64,000 nt of DNA from Moniliella sp. 'wahieum'. Taxonomy: Eukaryota. The notes beneath the pieces are model-generated. The model had not been told where the DNA came from. It searched no databases and saw only the letters and a list, made by a program, of their open reading frames with translations. Of the stretch, positions 25,637-36,845 are shown in pieces; the stretch's first letter is position 1; the number at the start of each line of letters is the position of its first letter. The stretch is from positions 1 through 64,000 of the forward strand of contig RSEE01000013.1 in assembly GCA_003971905.1 (NCBI GenBank), in the 5' to 3' direction. A program made the position numbers and the translations under genes.

Positions 25637-26477
25637 GCGGAGGAGGAGGAGGCGGCGGAGGAAAAAGTACGGCGTGTATCGGGTGTATCGGCTGGGCTCT
25701 GATTTCTGATTGCCCAGCCGCGGGCTTAATGCAGGCGGGCGTTCCTGCGTGGCATGTCCCAACTCCGAACGCGCGCAGATTGCACATTTCAAAGTAGGTG
25801 GTGGGCATGTCATCGATCAGCATGCATTCACGGGGTCACCTGACCGCGTCCCTGGTCGCTCTGGCGGAGGAGGGACGCAGGCTGCAAGGGTGGCTGGTGG
25901 GGCGCGGGTGGGCGCGCGAGGGTGGGCATGCGCACCACTGACCCCATGCGCCCCATCCGAACCATGGGGGCCGCCGCTCAGGCCGGCCACTGAGTCTCAG
26001 TACTGACAGGTCACTGTCGGCGCACAGTAATTACGTACCTGACGTGTGCATGCCGCATCTGAATATTGAACGTTGAATTTCCGTTTGGCAGGCAGGCCGT
26101 GGTGCGATGGACAACGGACGAGCAATGGTCGATGGACCCACACCTGATCCGCTGGCAGACCCTGAGCGAGTTAAGTTGGCACGGGCCACGCCGTCTGCCG
26201 GCTCCTGGTGACCGGTACCTGCACCCGGCCCTTGCCTTGCGCTCTCCGTTCCCTCTCTACACGCTACGTTCCCCTGCGACTAGGACTAGAATCCAGATCC
26301 ATCGCGTATTGGAAGAAACAAAAGCACCAGCTCACAACAGTAGCGGCAGCCTCCCTCCCTCCTGCATGCGCCCTGGTCATATTAGCCCAGCCAGAGCATG
26401 AGTGCAGAAAGCTCCCGCCCAAATCCAGTCCACGGGACCGCTAGTCGCGGGGCTAAGAAGGGCAAGGGCCATAGCGG

Positions 26478-27580
26478 TCACGCGATCACAGAAAGGTCGC
26501 CATGTCGGGAAAGTGGAGGCGCATCAAACTGGAAGATGAACTGGTTGACACGGGTAACCAAGCACGATCGCTCGTAGCGTGTCAGAGGAACACGGTAGCC
26601 ACCCCATGTGTCGACGGTATTGAACTGGTACAGCAACTCGAGTGCCGCATACGCGTCGTTGGCCGCGTACTCTTGTTGTTTCGGTGTGAGCGGCACGCTG
26701 GACCAAACGCTGCGTTGAACCTTGCCCTTGGGCATGGGCAAGCCGAGGTACTGGCGGGTCAAGCGCGCCAGGCCGACCGCCTGCGGCCGGCGCGTCGGAT
26801 CCCGCGGGTCCTCCCAGTCCTCAGGAAAAATACGCAGTGCCATCTTGGACAGGTCCACTGCGCCAACCACACTGGCGCCCGTGTCGCGGTACAGCTTGCG
26901 CACGTCGTACGAAATGCCCACGCCTACTTTAAGGATAGCCGGGTCAGCCAGCATCCGCTCCAACGCGGGCGGTAACTCCGATCCGACCGGCAGCTGGATG
27001 AGCGCAATCCGTTTGCGCGACGCCAGCTGGATCAAGGCCACTGGATTTTCCGGTGTTCCCCTGGTATACGTCGGGTCCCACTCCAGGTCAAAGCCGATCG
27101 GTTCCTTGGCATTCCATTGAGCAAGTTCCCTTGTGACAGCTTCGGGGGTGGTCAGGTACGCCAGGTGCGGCACTGCAGTGACCTTCCACAAGGCGCGGCA
27201 GTTTTGAAAGGGGGCATGGAGACCGATGCGGTCCTCGACCGAGCGGTAGCTGTACTGGCCGTTCGGAACAGGCAGAGTGGACGGGCCAGGGTAATTTGGA
27301 GTGCGCCGAACCGGGGCAACCTGTCGGGAACGAGAGCGAGCATACTGGTCAACCACTACCAGAGAAATGGTCACGCTAGGAAGGTACAGCTCGCCCTGGA
27401 TGACGCAGGGCTTGCAGGGCCTGGCTATCGCGTCCGCGTCGGCGACCATGGCCAGACGTTTGCGGAATGAAGGGGGGGAGGGGAGGGACTTGGGCGTACA
27501 TAGTGGTAGCCGATATACGCCTCGGAGTCATAATCATCGTCGTAGCGATCTTCATAGTAGGAGTCGTGGTAGCCGTACAT
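26478..27580 (-). CDS. DEDDy 3'-5' exonuclease, WRN/EXD2 type
   Basis: ExoI IGFDLEW, VALIQLA, ILKVGVGISYDVRKL (ExoII), GLARLT, ExoIII QEYAANDA; Tyr/Asp-rich first exon followed by a probable intron (GTACGC near 27499). Confidence 0.88.
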
Positions 27581-28139
27581 GATGGGGAGGGGCGAAGCAG
27601 GTGCTGCTTTGGTGGCCAGGCGAGGGGAGGGCGTGGTGGAGGGGCGAAGGAGGACGTGGGACGAGATGGAAGTGGTGCGCGTGGATGCACTGGGATGTGC
27701 GGGGGCATGGAGATGGCAGATGATCGATGATCTCGATGATCGATGACCGCCGGCTAGACAGGCCCTCTGCGCTGCTGGCACGCGGCCCCGCTATCGAGTC
27801 AGCATCATGCATCATCGATCCTCAATCATCGATCAGTACGCTTCGCCAACCTGCACCGTGCTGCGCCTGGTTGCCCTGCTAGGTGGCATGTACGCTGGTC
27901 TCCACCACCGGCACCCATCCGCGTCTCCTCTCCACCCGGCACGCCGTTTGGCGCCGTGCTCGTGATCCACATGAGGAGGACAGCAGCTCCCGAGCAGCTC
28001 GAGCGGCCAGTGCGTTGAACGTTGGTGCCATCTGGCCCAGTGGTTCCGCCGCACCCATGTCGTCCCACCCACCGCAAGTCCTTCCTCCAGGGCGCCGGGG
28101 CGGGCCGTGATGCGTGACGTGGCGCCGTACAATGTGACT

Positions 28140-28174
28140 GATCATCGATCATCGATCATCGATCATCGATCATC
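28140..28174. repeat. (GATCATC)x5 perfect heptamer array
   Basis: Five exact copies; related copies at 27719-27741, 27811-27835 and 40410-40430. Confidence 0.9.
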
Positions 28175-28849
28175 CCACGTCTCACAACACATGTGAGAAC
28201 CATGGGAAAGAGTCAGCGCCAGCGCGGGCACGCGCTGCTCCCACGGAGTGTGCGGCCATTCAGTCGTCTATATACATCTTCGGTCTGCCCTTCCCGCAGC
28301 AGCAGCATCTCTTGTCCAACCAGCAACCCTTCCTCTCTCTCTGTCTCTGTCAGAGTCATCAGATCCCAGAACTGTGAGAGGATCAATTCCCACAGCAAAC
28401 ATCGGGCGGCCAGCGGCGTTTTGGTAGTCCGAACAGTCCCGCGGGACCTCAAAGGCTCAAAGTTGAGGGTCAACAGAGGAAGGTGATGAAGATGATGTAG
28501 GGAAAAGTGGTGGGTGGGCGTGATGAGTCCTGGAGTTCAGATGGTCCTCGATGGTACTGCAATCGCACTGGTGGTGGTGGTGGTCTAAGCCAACCAGCAA
28601 CGCCTACAGAGGAACATCAAGCAGCGAGTCGCCACCAGGGGCTAAGCTGCGGAACAAGGAAAAACAGGAGAGAATACAACGGAACTACCAGGCCTGAGGA
28701 GGAATTGAAGGGACATTGGCCAAAGCACGAGCCACCTGAGGGCTCAACAGGATGCATGCAGTTTGCGTAAAAGGGAGACAACTGTGTCTGCATGTGACCC
28801 AACTTCATTGAAATACGTCTCCCTCCGACCCATTCCTGCAGCTCTTGAG

Positions 28850-29801
28850 TTAGTCTGAGTGGGCTGAACGCTGAACAACAGCGATCAAGATGCATTGGAT
28901 CCTCAAGCTATGAACACCCTGCTCCCCCGCGCTATGGATACCGCAGAGAGCATCTGTAAGAAAGAAGAAGAGCATCCAGGTATTCCCCCGATCTTGCCGT
29001 TTCGCCAGAGCAGGAATAGTCATGTCCCTCGTGCGATCGGGTTGTGTCGGGAAGTACGGACACATTCAGTTTTCGCTTTGCTTGAACAAGAGGCTACCAC
29101 CACGGAAACTGTCCAAAGAGCTCGCGGTATAGGCCCTTCTCCATCTTCTCCATCCCGAGAGTATTAAGGCTCGGCAACCAGAATGGATTGGCCATGTGTT
29201 TTCCGTCGGGAGTTATCTTCCTCTCTCGAGGCCCGAGAGAATTTGCTACATTTTGACACGGACAATTCCTGGCCCAGATCGGTCGTGGCAAACCGTTGGT
29301 CCAAGTTGGGGTGACGGTGTTTCTGTTTCTGTACCGGACCTGGTTCACCATGTATCGTAGCATTATCGATTTGGGGTACGTTTGGGGGAAACCCAGATCG
29401 AGTTCAACGAGGATGAGATGCAAGAAGACGACATTGGCGATACGGCGGCTCGCACACCACACAACAGAAGGAAGGGGAGAAGCAGGGCAAACACAATGGA
29501 CGCGTGGACTAACATGCAAGACGTGATGGACAAAGAGCCTCGTATGGTGGAGAGCTGATGTGCAAGAAAGGGGATTACCAAAATCCGTGGAATGGACCAA
29601 CAATAACATTTCTCCTTCTCTCGTTAACTTTCTTCCCCTCCTGGGCTATTTCATGGGCTTCCCAATCCCTAATCCTTCCCCTACCAAAACTTCTACTACT
29701 AAGGATGGAGAGAAAGGGTCAATCGCTTTAACGTTGAATAATTCCTTGTCTTTGAACAGAAAGAGGCCGTGCCCTCGATGAATCATGTAGTAGCGCTCCA
29801 T
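28850..29801 (-). pseudogene. Possible heavily decayed Copia pol remnant (protease, pre-integrase, integrase traces)
   Basis: By-eye resemblance only, in the expected order: YMIHRG.GLFLFKDKELF...VEVLVGEGLGIG and LFVHHVLHVSP (protease barrel-like), CHDRSG (WHxRLG-like), FFFLTD; interrupted by stops and shifts. Confidence 0.25.
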
Positions 29802-29952
29802 TCACGGTAAAAGGGAGGAGAGTATGGAATCCATAGAGCCTCGTGTGGAGTCTAGTGGTGTCGGGAGAACAGAAGAAGGACCTAGTGGCGTCGGGAGAAC
29901 AGGATAAGAACTGCTAGTGCAGTGGGATAAAGGGTGCCCTCACTGGCTGATT

Positions 29953-31743
29953 TCAACGGGAATACGAGAATGAACACAGTGACGGGAATGAAGTGTCTTG
30001 AGGTGAATCCCCCTCCTCATTATCGCGTTGGAAGCTAACACGGCCCCGAGGTGAGCTACGCTCTTGGGAATCATCCAGTCGCATTGTGCCCAAGCTGTCC
30101 GCCTCGAGAGGTTCTTCCACTTGAGCTCCTGTGGCTGCGCGAACGACGTCTCCGTACTGACGGTAGGCCTTGGATGCGGAGGGCGAAGAGGTTTTTGGCA
30201 CCACAGGTCCGTGATCGGCTACCAGCGTCAGTAGCTCCTCGTAGGTCTTTCCATCGTAATAGATCATCAACCCGCTTTCCTGGATCGTGCTGATCACTGC
30301 CGCACGCAGGATTTTGGTGTCCAAAGGATCGTCCAGCCACAATTGATCATGTTCACCAAGTGACGATGCTGTTCGACAAATTGCGCCCCGGTACCCGATC
30401 CGATGGAAAGATTGATAAGTTTATTCAGGGCGCCAATGCTTTCCTTTGGTGTGGTGTGACCGTACCGCTTGCGGAGAAGGGCAAACAGGGTTGACGCAAG
30501 AGAGCCCACGTCACTCTCACGGAACGTGTAATGGATGGTGCGGTCGAGCTGGAGATAGAGCGGGTCGAACAGCTTGCGGTCCAGGTCAGGATTATAATGG
30601 TTACCCGAAGGACCTCGCTCAATGATTTCCCGTGCCCCACTTAAAGACCGCTCCATCGCTCCCAGGATGCGATCAGCCCATGGCCAGAAAGGTTCTCCCG
30701 CTTTGAATTTGGCGCCTTTGTTCGTAGTGAGGATGATGTCCTTCAAAGCGGACAACGTAACGGGATCCTTGCAAGCGTCGCGGTATCGTTGGGTCAAAGC
30801 TGTGTAAGCTCGAAGGCCAAGGCCCGAAGGATAGAGGTTAAGAGCATGATCGTAGAGCTGGCTCCAACTCATTATTCCTCTGTCAAGCAAGCGCTGCAAG
30901 GCGCTGACAGTCTGGTCCAGGTCCTCTGTACCGATCGTAGGCTTTGCCTCAACACCAGTAGGTGTGGGCACAGCTACAGCTTGCTTGAGAGCCGACGGAG
31001 TCGCGGCTAGAATTGGAGCCGGCGGTTCCTGATTCTGCAAAACTGTTTTGCAAGCGGCATTCGTCCCCCCAGTTTGATCTGAATGTTGAGTTTGATCTGA
31101 ATGTTGTTCAGACTCCTTGAAAGAGGCGAGGTGTTTGTCCAGCTCTGCCTTCAACTGAGCGACGAGCTCCGTGCCCTCCGAGACGTCTATGCCAGCTGGC
31201 ACAACAGGACGTGGTTTCCCTGATGTGGTATGGTTGGCGGCCGGTGGTTTGGCTTGGTGTGGGACGTCTGGGCCGTCGATGGTGTGGAAAGCGAGGAGCA
31301 CCAATCCGGCTCGCAAAAACCCGAACAGGCGGTATGCCACGCGACGCAACTCGTTCATGTGGCGTGCGACGGCTGATTGGCAAGTTGAGCGTTTCATGCC
31401 TATGATGGGTGCCCTGTCGCCAGTACGATGTACGACCATTTTTGAGATGTCGTCCATTTTTAGGATCTCTTTCTCAAGGGATGAGAGCTTGGTCGACATG
31501 GTCTGGAGAAGTTTGCGGAAGCGGCAGAAATCTATAGTGCCCTTGGGAACTACTTGGGGTGTGTATGCCTCAAGGCGAAGGTAGAGAGATTGGTATTGTT
31601 TGATGTCGTCCTTGGCCAGGGAGCAAGCACGTTCGAAGGAGATGCCATGGATGGGAAACGGTTGGGGAACTTGCTCGATAATCCAATCGATCCGAGGGCG
31701 TGGAAACGTTGCTCATGTTGTTGGGCGTGGAAACGTTGCTCAT
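29953..31743 (-). CDS. Ty1/Copia-type gag-like protein (ORFs 30294-31499 and 29953-30342; possible upstream start 31743)
   Basis: KFKAGEPFWPWADRI..AREIIERG..YNPDLDRKLF...ASTLFALLRKRYG..ALNKLINLSI..AQFVEQHRHLV..LDTKILRAAVISTI fits the Copia Gag (Retrotran_gag_2/UBN2-like) helical pattern; no zinc knuckle or LTR pair seen. Confidence 0.55.
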
Positions 31744-31744
31744 G
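31696..31744. repeat. 22-bp direct repeat, 27-bp period, duplicating the putative start (MSNVSTP x2)
   Basis: GGGCGTGGAAACGTTGCTCATG at 31696-31717 and 31723-31744. Confidence 0.85.
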
Positions 31745-32785
31745 GTATTGGGCGAGGGTGCGGTGGAAGGAGGAGAGGGGTTGTGTGGAATGTGGGGCTT
31801 GCGTGTGGGGAACTGGAGGGGAGAGTGCGTTTGCTTTGATGGCTGTGAAGAGCGAGAAGAGAGTGGTGGTCGGATGGGACCAGGATGCCTGACTGCTGTC
31901 GACACAGGTGATGGTGGCGGTGGGGTGCAAGCGAGCGCCCCGAATCTACAGGGGCGTGCTGTGCCCAGCCGGATGGACACTGTGGGGCCGCTTGCCGAGG
32001 CGAAAAGAACATGGCCGAAGCGCGATCTGAGCAAGTTGACCCAACAGCGGAGCTGACCACGGCTGTACTACAAGCGGCCTGGCGTGGGTGACGGAATGCA
32101 CGGGCCACCCCGTGGGTCGGCAGAGAGGCTGGCTGCCTGCGTGTCTGCTCTCGCTTATCGCGCTGCCGAGAGTGGGTACCGAATACCCTGGGAGGCCCAG
32201 CCGCAAGAGCAGCAACGCTTCGTCGAGAGTGTATAACCTCACATCGATCCATCGCCCCGTCGGCGGGAGGCGCATGGATTTGAAATGTGCAGACGGCATG
32301 CCCAGGGGCCGCTCCAGGGTGGAAGGGCGCGCGCAGCGGGCACTGGCCAGAGGCCGAGGCGTCGGGGCTGCGGGGCGAAAGGAGGCGCGCGCCGCCCAGC
32401 AGCAGTGTGCCCCCCCTGTAACAAACTTGAGGCCGCCCAGGCCGAGCAGCAGCAGCAAGCCACGGCCCATCCGGGTGTGCGCCCATGCAACATTCAACCT
32501 AACCAGCACCGCGCCGGCTACCGCGTCCGGTGGGGGCAGACAGCCGTGTCAGTACTCGGTCTGCTCCACCCGACCTCCCCCCGCCGCCACTACCGCCGCC
32601 ACCACCACACCACCACCACCACCACACTCGCTCCCCTCGCGCTCGTCCTCTCCCTCCCTCTCCCTGGCTCGTGGGCACGCCCCCCACGTGGTGCCCACTC
32701 GGCCGCCTCCTATACCCTCTCTTGCCACCCTCGCCTCCTCCCGCTCCCTTCCCGCCCCCCTCATCTTCCCTCGGGTGCGACCACG

Positions 32786-35700
32786 ATGGACCCCTCCAAC
32801 CAGCCCAACTCCTGCCAGGAGGTCTCTGGCAACCTCAAGCAGCTGGGTGCCATCATTATCTGTGCCTTGGTATGCCCTCTTCCTCCCTCCCCCCCAGCGC
32901 AGTACTGACTTGCCTTCCTGCCCCCCAGAACTCCCAGTCCTCCATCAGTGCTCCCCAGGTTGGCATTGCCGTCGCCACCTATGCTGCCGCCGCGGCAGGC
33001 ATGCTCCTCCTCTTCCAGTTCATGCGCCCCAGCAACCGAATATATGAGCCCAAGCTCAAGTACGCCGACGGCCGCCCGGCCTGCCCGCCAATGGGCAGGA
33101 ACCCCTTTGGCTGGCTGCCCCCCCTGTGGCGCATGAAGGAGAAGGATTTGTTACCGATCATTGGGCTTGATGCGATTGCGTACCTGCGCTTTGTGCGCAT
33201 GATGCGCTGGTGCCTGACCGTTATGGGCCTCGTCATGTGCGTGTGCTGATCCCGATCGACGTGATGTTCAACGTGCGGGGCCGCGACTCGAGCAGCAACT
33301 CGTCTGATGACAACCAGCACAACTTTCTCTTCATGATCACCATGCGCGACGTGCATGGTACCGATCTGTGGGCGCATGTGGTGATGAGCTACTTTGGAAC
33401 GTTGGTTGCGATGGCCTTTTTGTGGCTCAATTGGCGTCACATGTTGCGCTTGCGATGGACTGGTTCCGATCGCCCGAGTACCAAGACGCCTTGTACGCTC
33501 GCACGCTCCTCACCCACGTTCCCGCTTCGATGCGTTCCGACGGCGCTGTACGGGGTGTTGCAGCGGCTCAAGATGCCCTACCCCACCACCGAAGTGTTTA
33601 TCGGACGTGACATGGGCCTCCTCCCCGATCTCATCGACCGGCATAAAGTGTTGGTCCGCAAGCTAGAGCGTGCCCTGGTGTGGTACCTCCGCTCCCCCAC
33701 CACAGTGCGCAATCGTCGGCCCACCACCCGCCTAGGCGGGTTCCTAGGCATGGGGGGGCGCAAGGTGGACTCGATCGATTACTACTCGGACCAGATTGAG
33801 CAGGTCGAGGCCTCAATCCAAGAATGGCGGCAACGCATGACTAGAAGCGAGCGGTCAGCTATGGATTTGCCAGTACGGGGGCTGTGCACTATGCCCACGC
33901 TGCCGCCCGCAGTCTGCGGTACAAGCGGCCCCATGGGCTCAAGATTCAACTCGCCCCACCCCCCAACGCCATCATTTGGCGCAACCTAACGCTCGATTCG
34001 TGGGCTCGCTTTCGGTCAAGCGCATTGGGGTTTGTGTTGCTCACTGTGTTTGTTCATCAACGCGGTGCCCTTGACAGGTGTCAACTTGATTTCCAACATG
34101 AGCCTGTTTGCTAGTGACAATGTTCAGTGGACCGGGCAGGGCAGCGGTTCGGGCCAGACGAGCGAGGACAATGGAACGCATCATGCCCTGATCCCCTTCC
34201 TCCACACCTGGTACATTCACAGCCACCTCTCATTTGCTGCCGTGGCCGGTATTCTGCCCCCGCTCATTTCGGCTGTCGCCGGCTGGCTGTTGCCCATCTG
34301 TATGCGGCGCCTTGCGAAATATCGCGGCATCACGTCCAAGATCAAGACAGACAGGGTGATTTGGGGCAGTACTATGGCTATCTTGTCATTTCCCAGCTCA
34401 TCGTCTTCACCTTGATTGGCGTCGTGATCAATTTGATTGCCCTGGTTGTCTCCTCTGTGGAGAAGTCGGTCAAGTTTGGCGTGATTATGGACAAGATGCA
34501 ACTGCCGCAGACGATCAAGCAGCAGTACTTTATGTTGGGCAATTACTGGCTCACCTGGATGCCGTTGAAGATCATGCTCGTTTTTCTCGATCTGGCTCAA
34601 GTGATCAAACTCATGTTTGTGTGGTTGCAGAAGGGCCTGTTTAGCAAGACACCTCGCGACGTGCGCGAGCTCACCGAACCGCCTTTCTTTGAGTACAGCA
34701 ACTACTATGCAAATGTTCTCTTTGTCGGTGCGGTGGCGATGGTATACGCGACGCTTTCCCCTTTGATCGTGGTGCTTGGCGCGATTGCCTGCTGGACATA
34801 CAGTTTCGCCAACAAGTACCAGCTCATGTACGTCAACCAAACCAAACACGAGGCTGGTGGCGCTCTCTGGCCCGCCGCCTCCAATCGTTTTTGATCAATC
34901 TTCTCTTCATGCAAGCCATCCTTGTGTTGGCTGTGTTGGTGGAAGACATCAAGACGGGCTACCGTGCCGTAGCCTGCTTGCCCCCCATTCTTATGGTGGT
35001 CATCTCAAGGTCTACATTCGCCGTGCTTTTGAACGCAAATACGAGTGGTACATCCCTGATGTGGAGGAGGCGAGCCAAGTACGGGTGCACAAGGGTGACC
35101 AAAGGCACCATCGCCTGGAGCGCCGGTTTGGCCACCCTTACTTGACCGAAAAGCTTTGGACGCCGATGGTGCACGCGCGCATGCAGGGTCTGTTGTCCCA
35201 AGTTACCACGGCCGGCTGGATGAGGCCAAGGTCTCCATGGTTGACGGACGCAAAGTCGAGACGGCTGCTATTGGCGGTGGAGTCAAGATTGCGTTTGTGG
35301 ACGAAGACCAGCTGGAGTACGACCCGAAGAAGGACGACGACACTCGCTCCATCATGTCTTCCACCACACTTTCGACTACCCTTGGTCCACCGCGCCAGCC
35401 AACGGGACCATCGCCCCTCGGAGCCGGCTACTACCAAGACCAGTTCCAACAGCAGTACGCCCAGTACCTTGCTGGTGGTCCAGGCATGGCCGAGGAATAC
35501 GAGATGGGCAATGTGTACGGTCCCAGCGGCGGAGCTATGGGCAAAGGAGCATGGGGCGAGTCGAAGGAAGTGCTGCTGCACCCCGACTATGGCATGGCCA
35601 CGTCCCAGTCCATGGATCACGCCGACTTGATGGGGGGGTCCAGTTACCACCTGGACTCGTACGACGGGGAAAAAGCCGGCTCCCTCTCCCACGTGGACGT

Positions 35701-36082
35701 GTCCTATGGTCCGCGCACGGCCAGCCCAACACCGCTCATGTACCCTCCGCGTGCACCCAGTGCGATGGCGCCGGGCGCGTTGCGCTTGGGCCTGCGATGA
35801 GCAGCAGCTCGTTGCACTCGGACCATACCATGCCCATGTACCCCGACCCCTCCATGTCGTACGGCGGCTCCTACGCGCAGGCCGAACCGACTGCCTACCC
35901 ACTCCCGCCCGATCATGCGCCATCGGCGTACGCCCCGGCCCCAACTACTCTTCTACCGCCTTTGCACCTGAGGGCGCCCCGTCCCTTCCGCCCGCCGCGG
36001 CCCTCCACTGCAAGGATACCAGCCCGCCCCTGGCCCGTATCACGACCCGTACCACCCTCACCCGCCTCCCGCGCCCTACTGA
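32786..36082 (+). CDS. OSCA/TMEM63 (CSC1/RSN1/Phm7 family) calcium-permeable stress-gated channel (indels)
   Basis: RP...IYEPKLKY, PFGWLPPL, IGLDAIAYLRFVRM, LWAHVVMSY, RKVDSIDYY, LAPPPNAIIWRNL, PPFFEYSNYYAN, KYQLMYV..KHEAGGALW; intron 32870-32928; long Pro/Tyr-rich tail. Confidence 0.9.
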
Positions 36083-36845
36083 TGCGCTTGATTCCCCCCC
36101 CCCCTCCCCCTCGCGTGTCCTCTCATCGTTTTACCCCTCCCCCTCCCACTGTCCTTGCCAGCTCTGCGAACATCCCTGCCCTCCCTCTCATTACCCGCAT
36201 CTGATCTTGTTGGTTTCCTTGGCAACATATTTCCCTCTACCATACCTGTGTGGGTGCCCCCCAGGTGCCTTGAGCCTGACGTTGATGAATCCAGCTGTCG
36301 AGTTGTCCCGTGCCAGGTGCACCCCCCTGAGGGTCTCCGGCCTCAGGGGAATCGACGGAGTGACTAGTGACGCGTGACAGTGACGGAAGAGAGGACGAGG
36401 AGGCCACGCGTGGGCTGGCGCCAACCGCGCCGACGGGCTGGGGCTCAGGCCTCAGGCTCAGACTCAGACTCAGGAGCTTTGTGGCAGCCACGCACGTGTT
36501 GGTTGTGTTGTCGGCTGGCCGCGTCCCAACGCCGTGGGCGCGGGGGGGGCACACTGGCGCTGTGCTGCTCCGTGCCCGCGTGAGATCAGCTCATGGTTAG
36601 TGATTAAGTCCAGGCGAAGCGCCCAGCGTCGTGTAGGTCCTCGGTGGGCGCGGCCGCCAGCAGGCACGCGTGCAGTGTGTCCGCCCCATTCCCGCCGCTC
36701 GTCGCGCTCAGCGTGACATGTCATCGAATCACTCAGCCCTCGTCGTCGTCGAGTGTTGAATGATGCTGCTGATGGGCCCTGCCGCCCCGCTCTCCTTGCT
36801 GCGCCCACCACCGCCCACGCCTGCCCCCCCTCGTCTCTGCCGGCC

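Noticed and set aside
29852..29900. 30-bp-period direct repeat resembling a mini CRISPR array
   Set aside because: Only two copies in eukaryotic DNA with no cas genes; a simple tandem duplication
28192..32243. TGTGAG...CTCACA as retroelement termini around the gag-like ORF
   Set aside because: No target-site duplication (ACACA vs TCGAT) and no LTR similarity between the two ends
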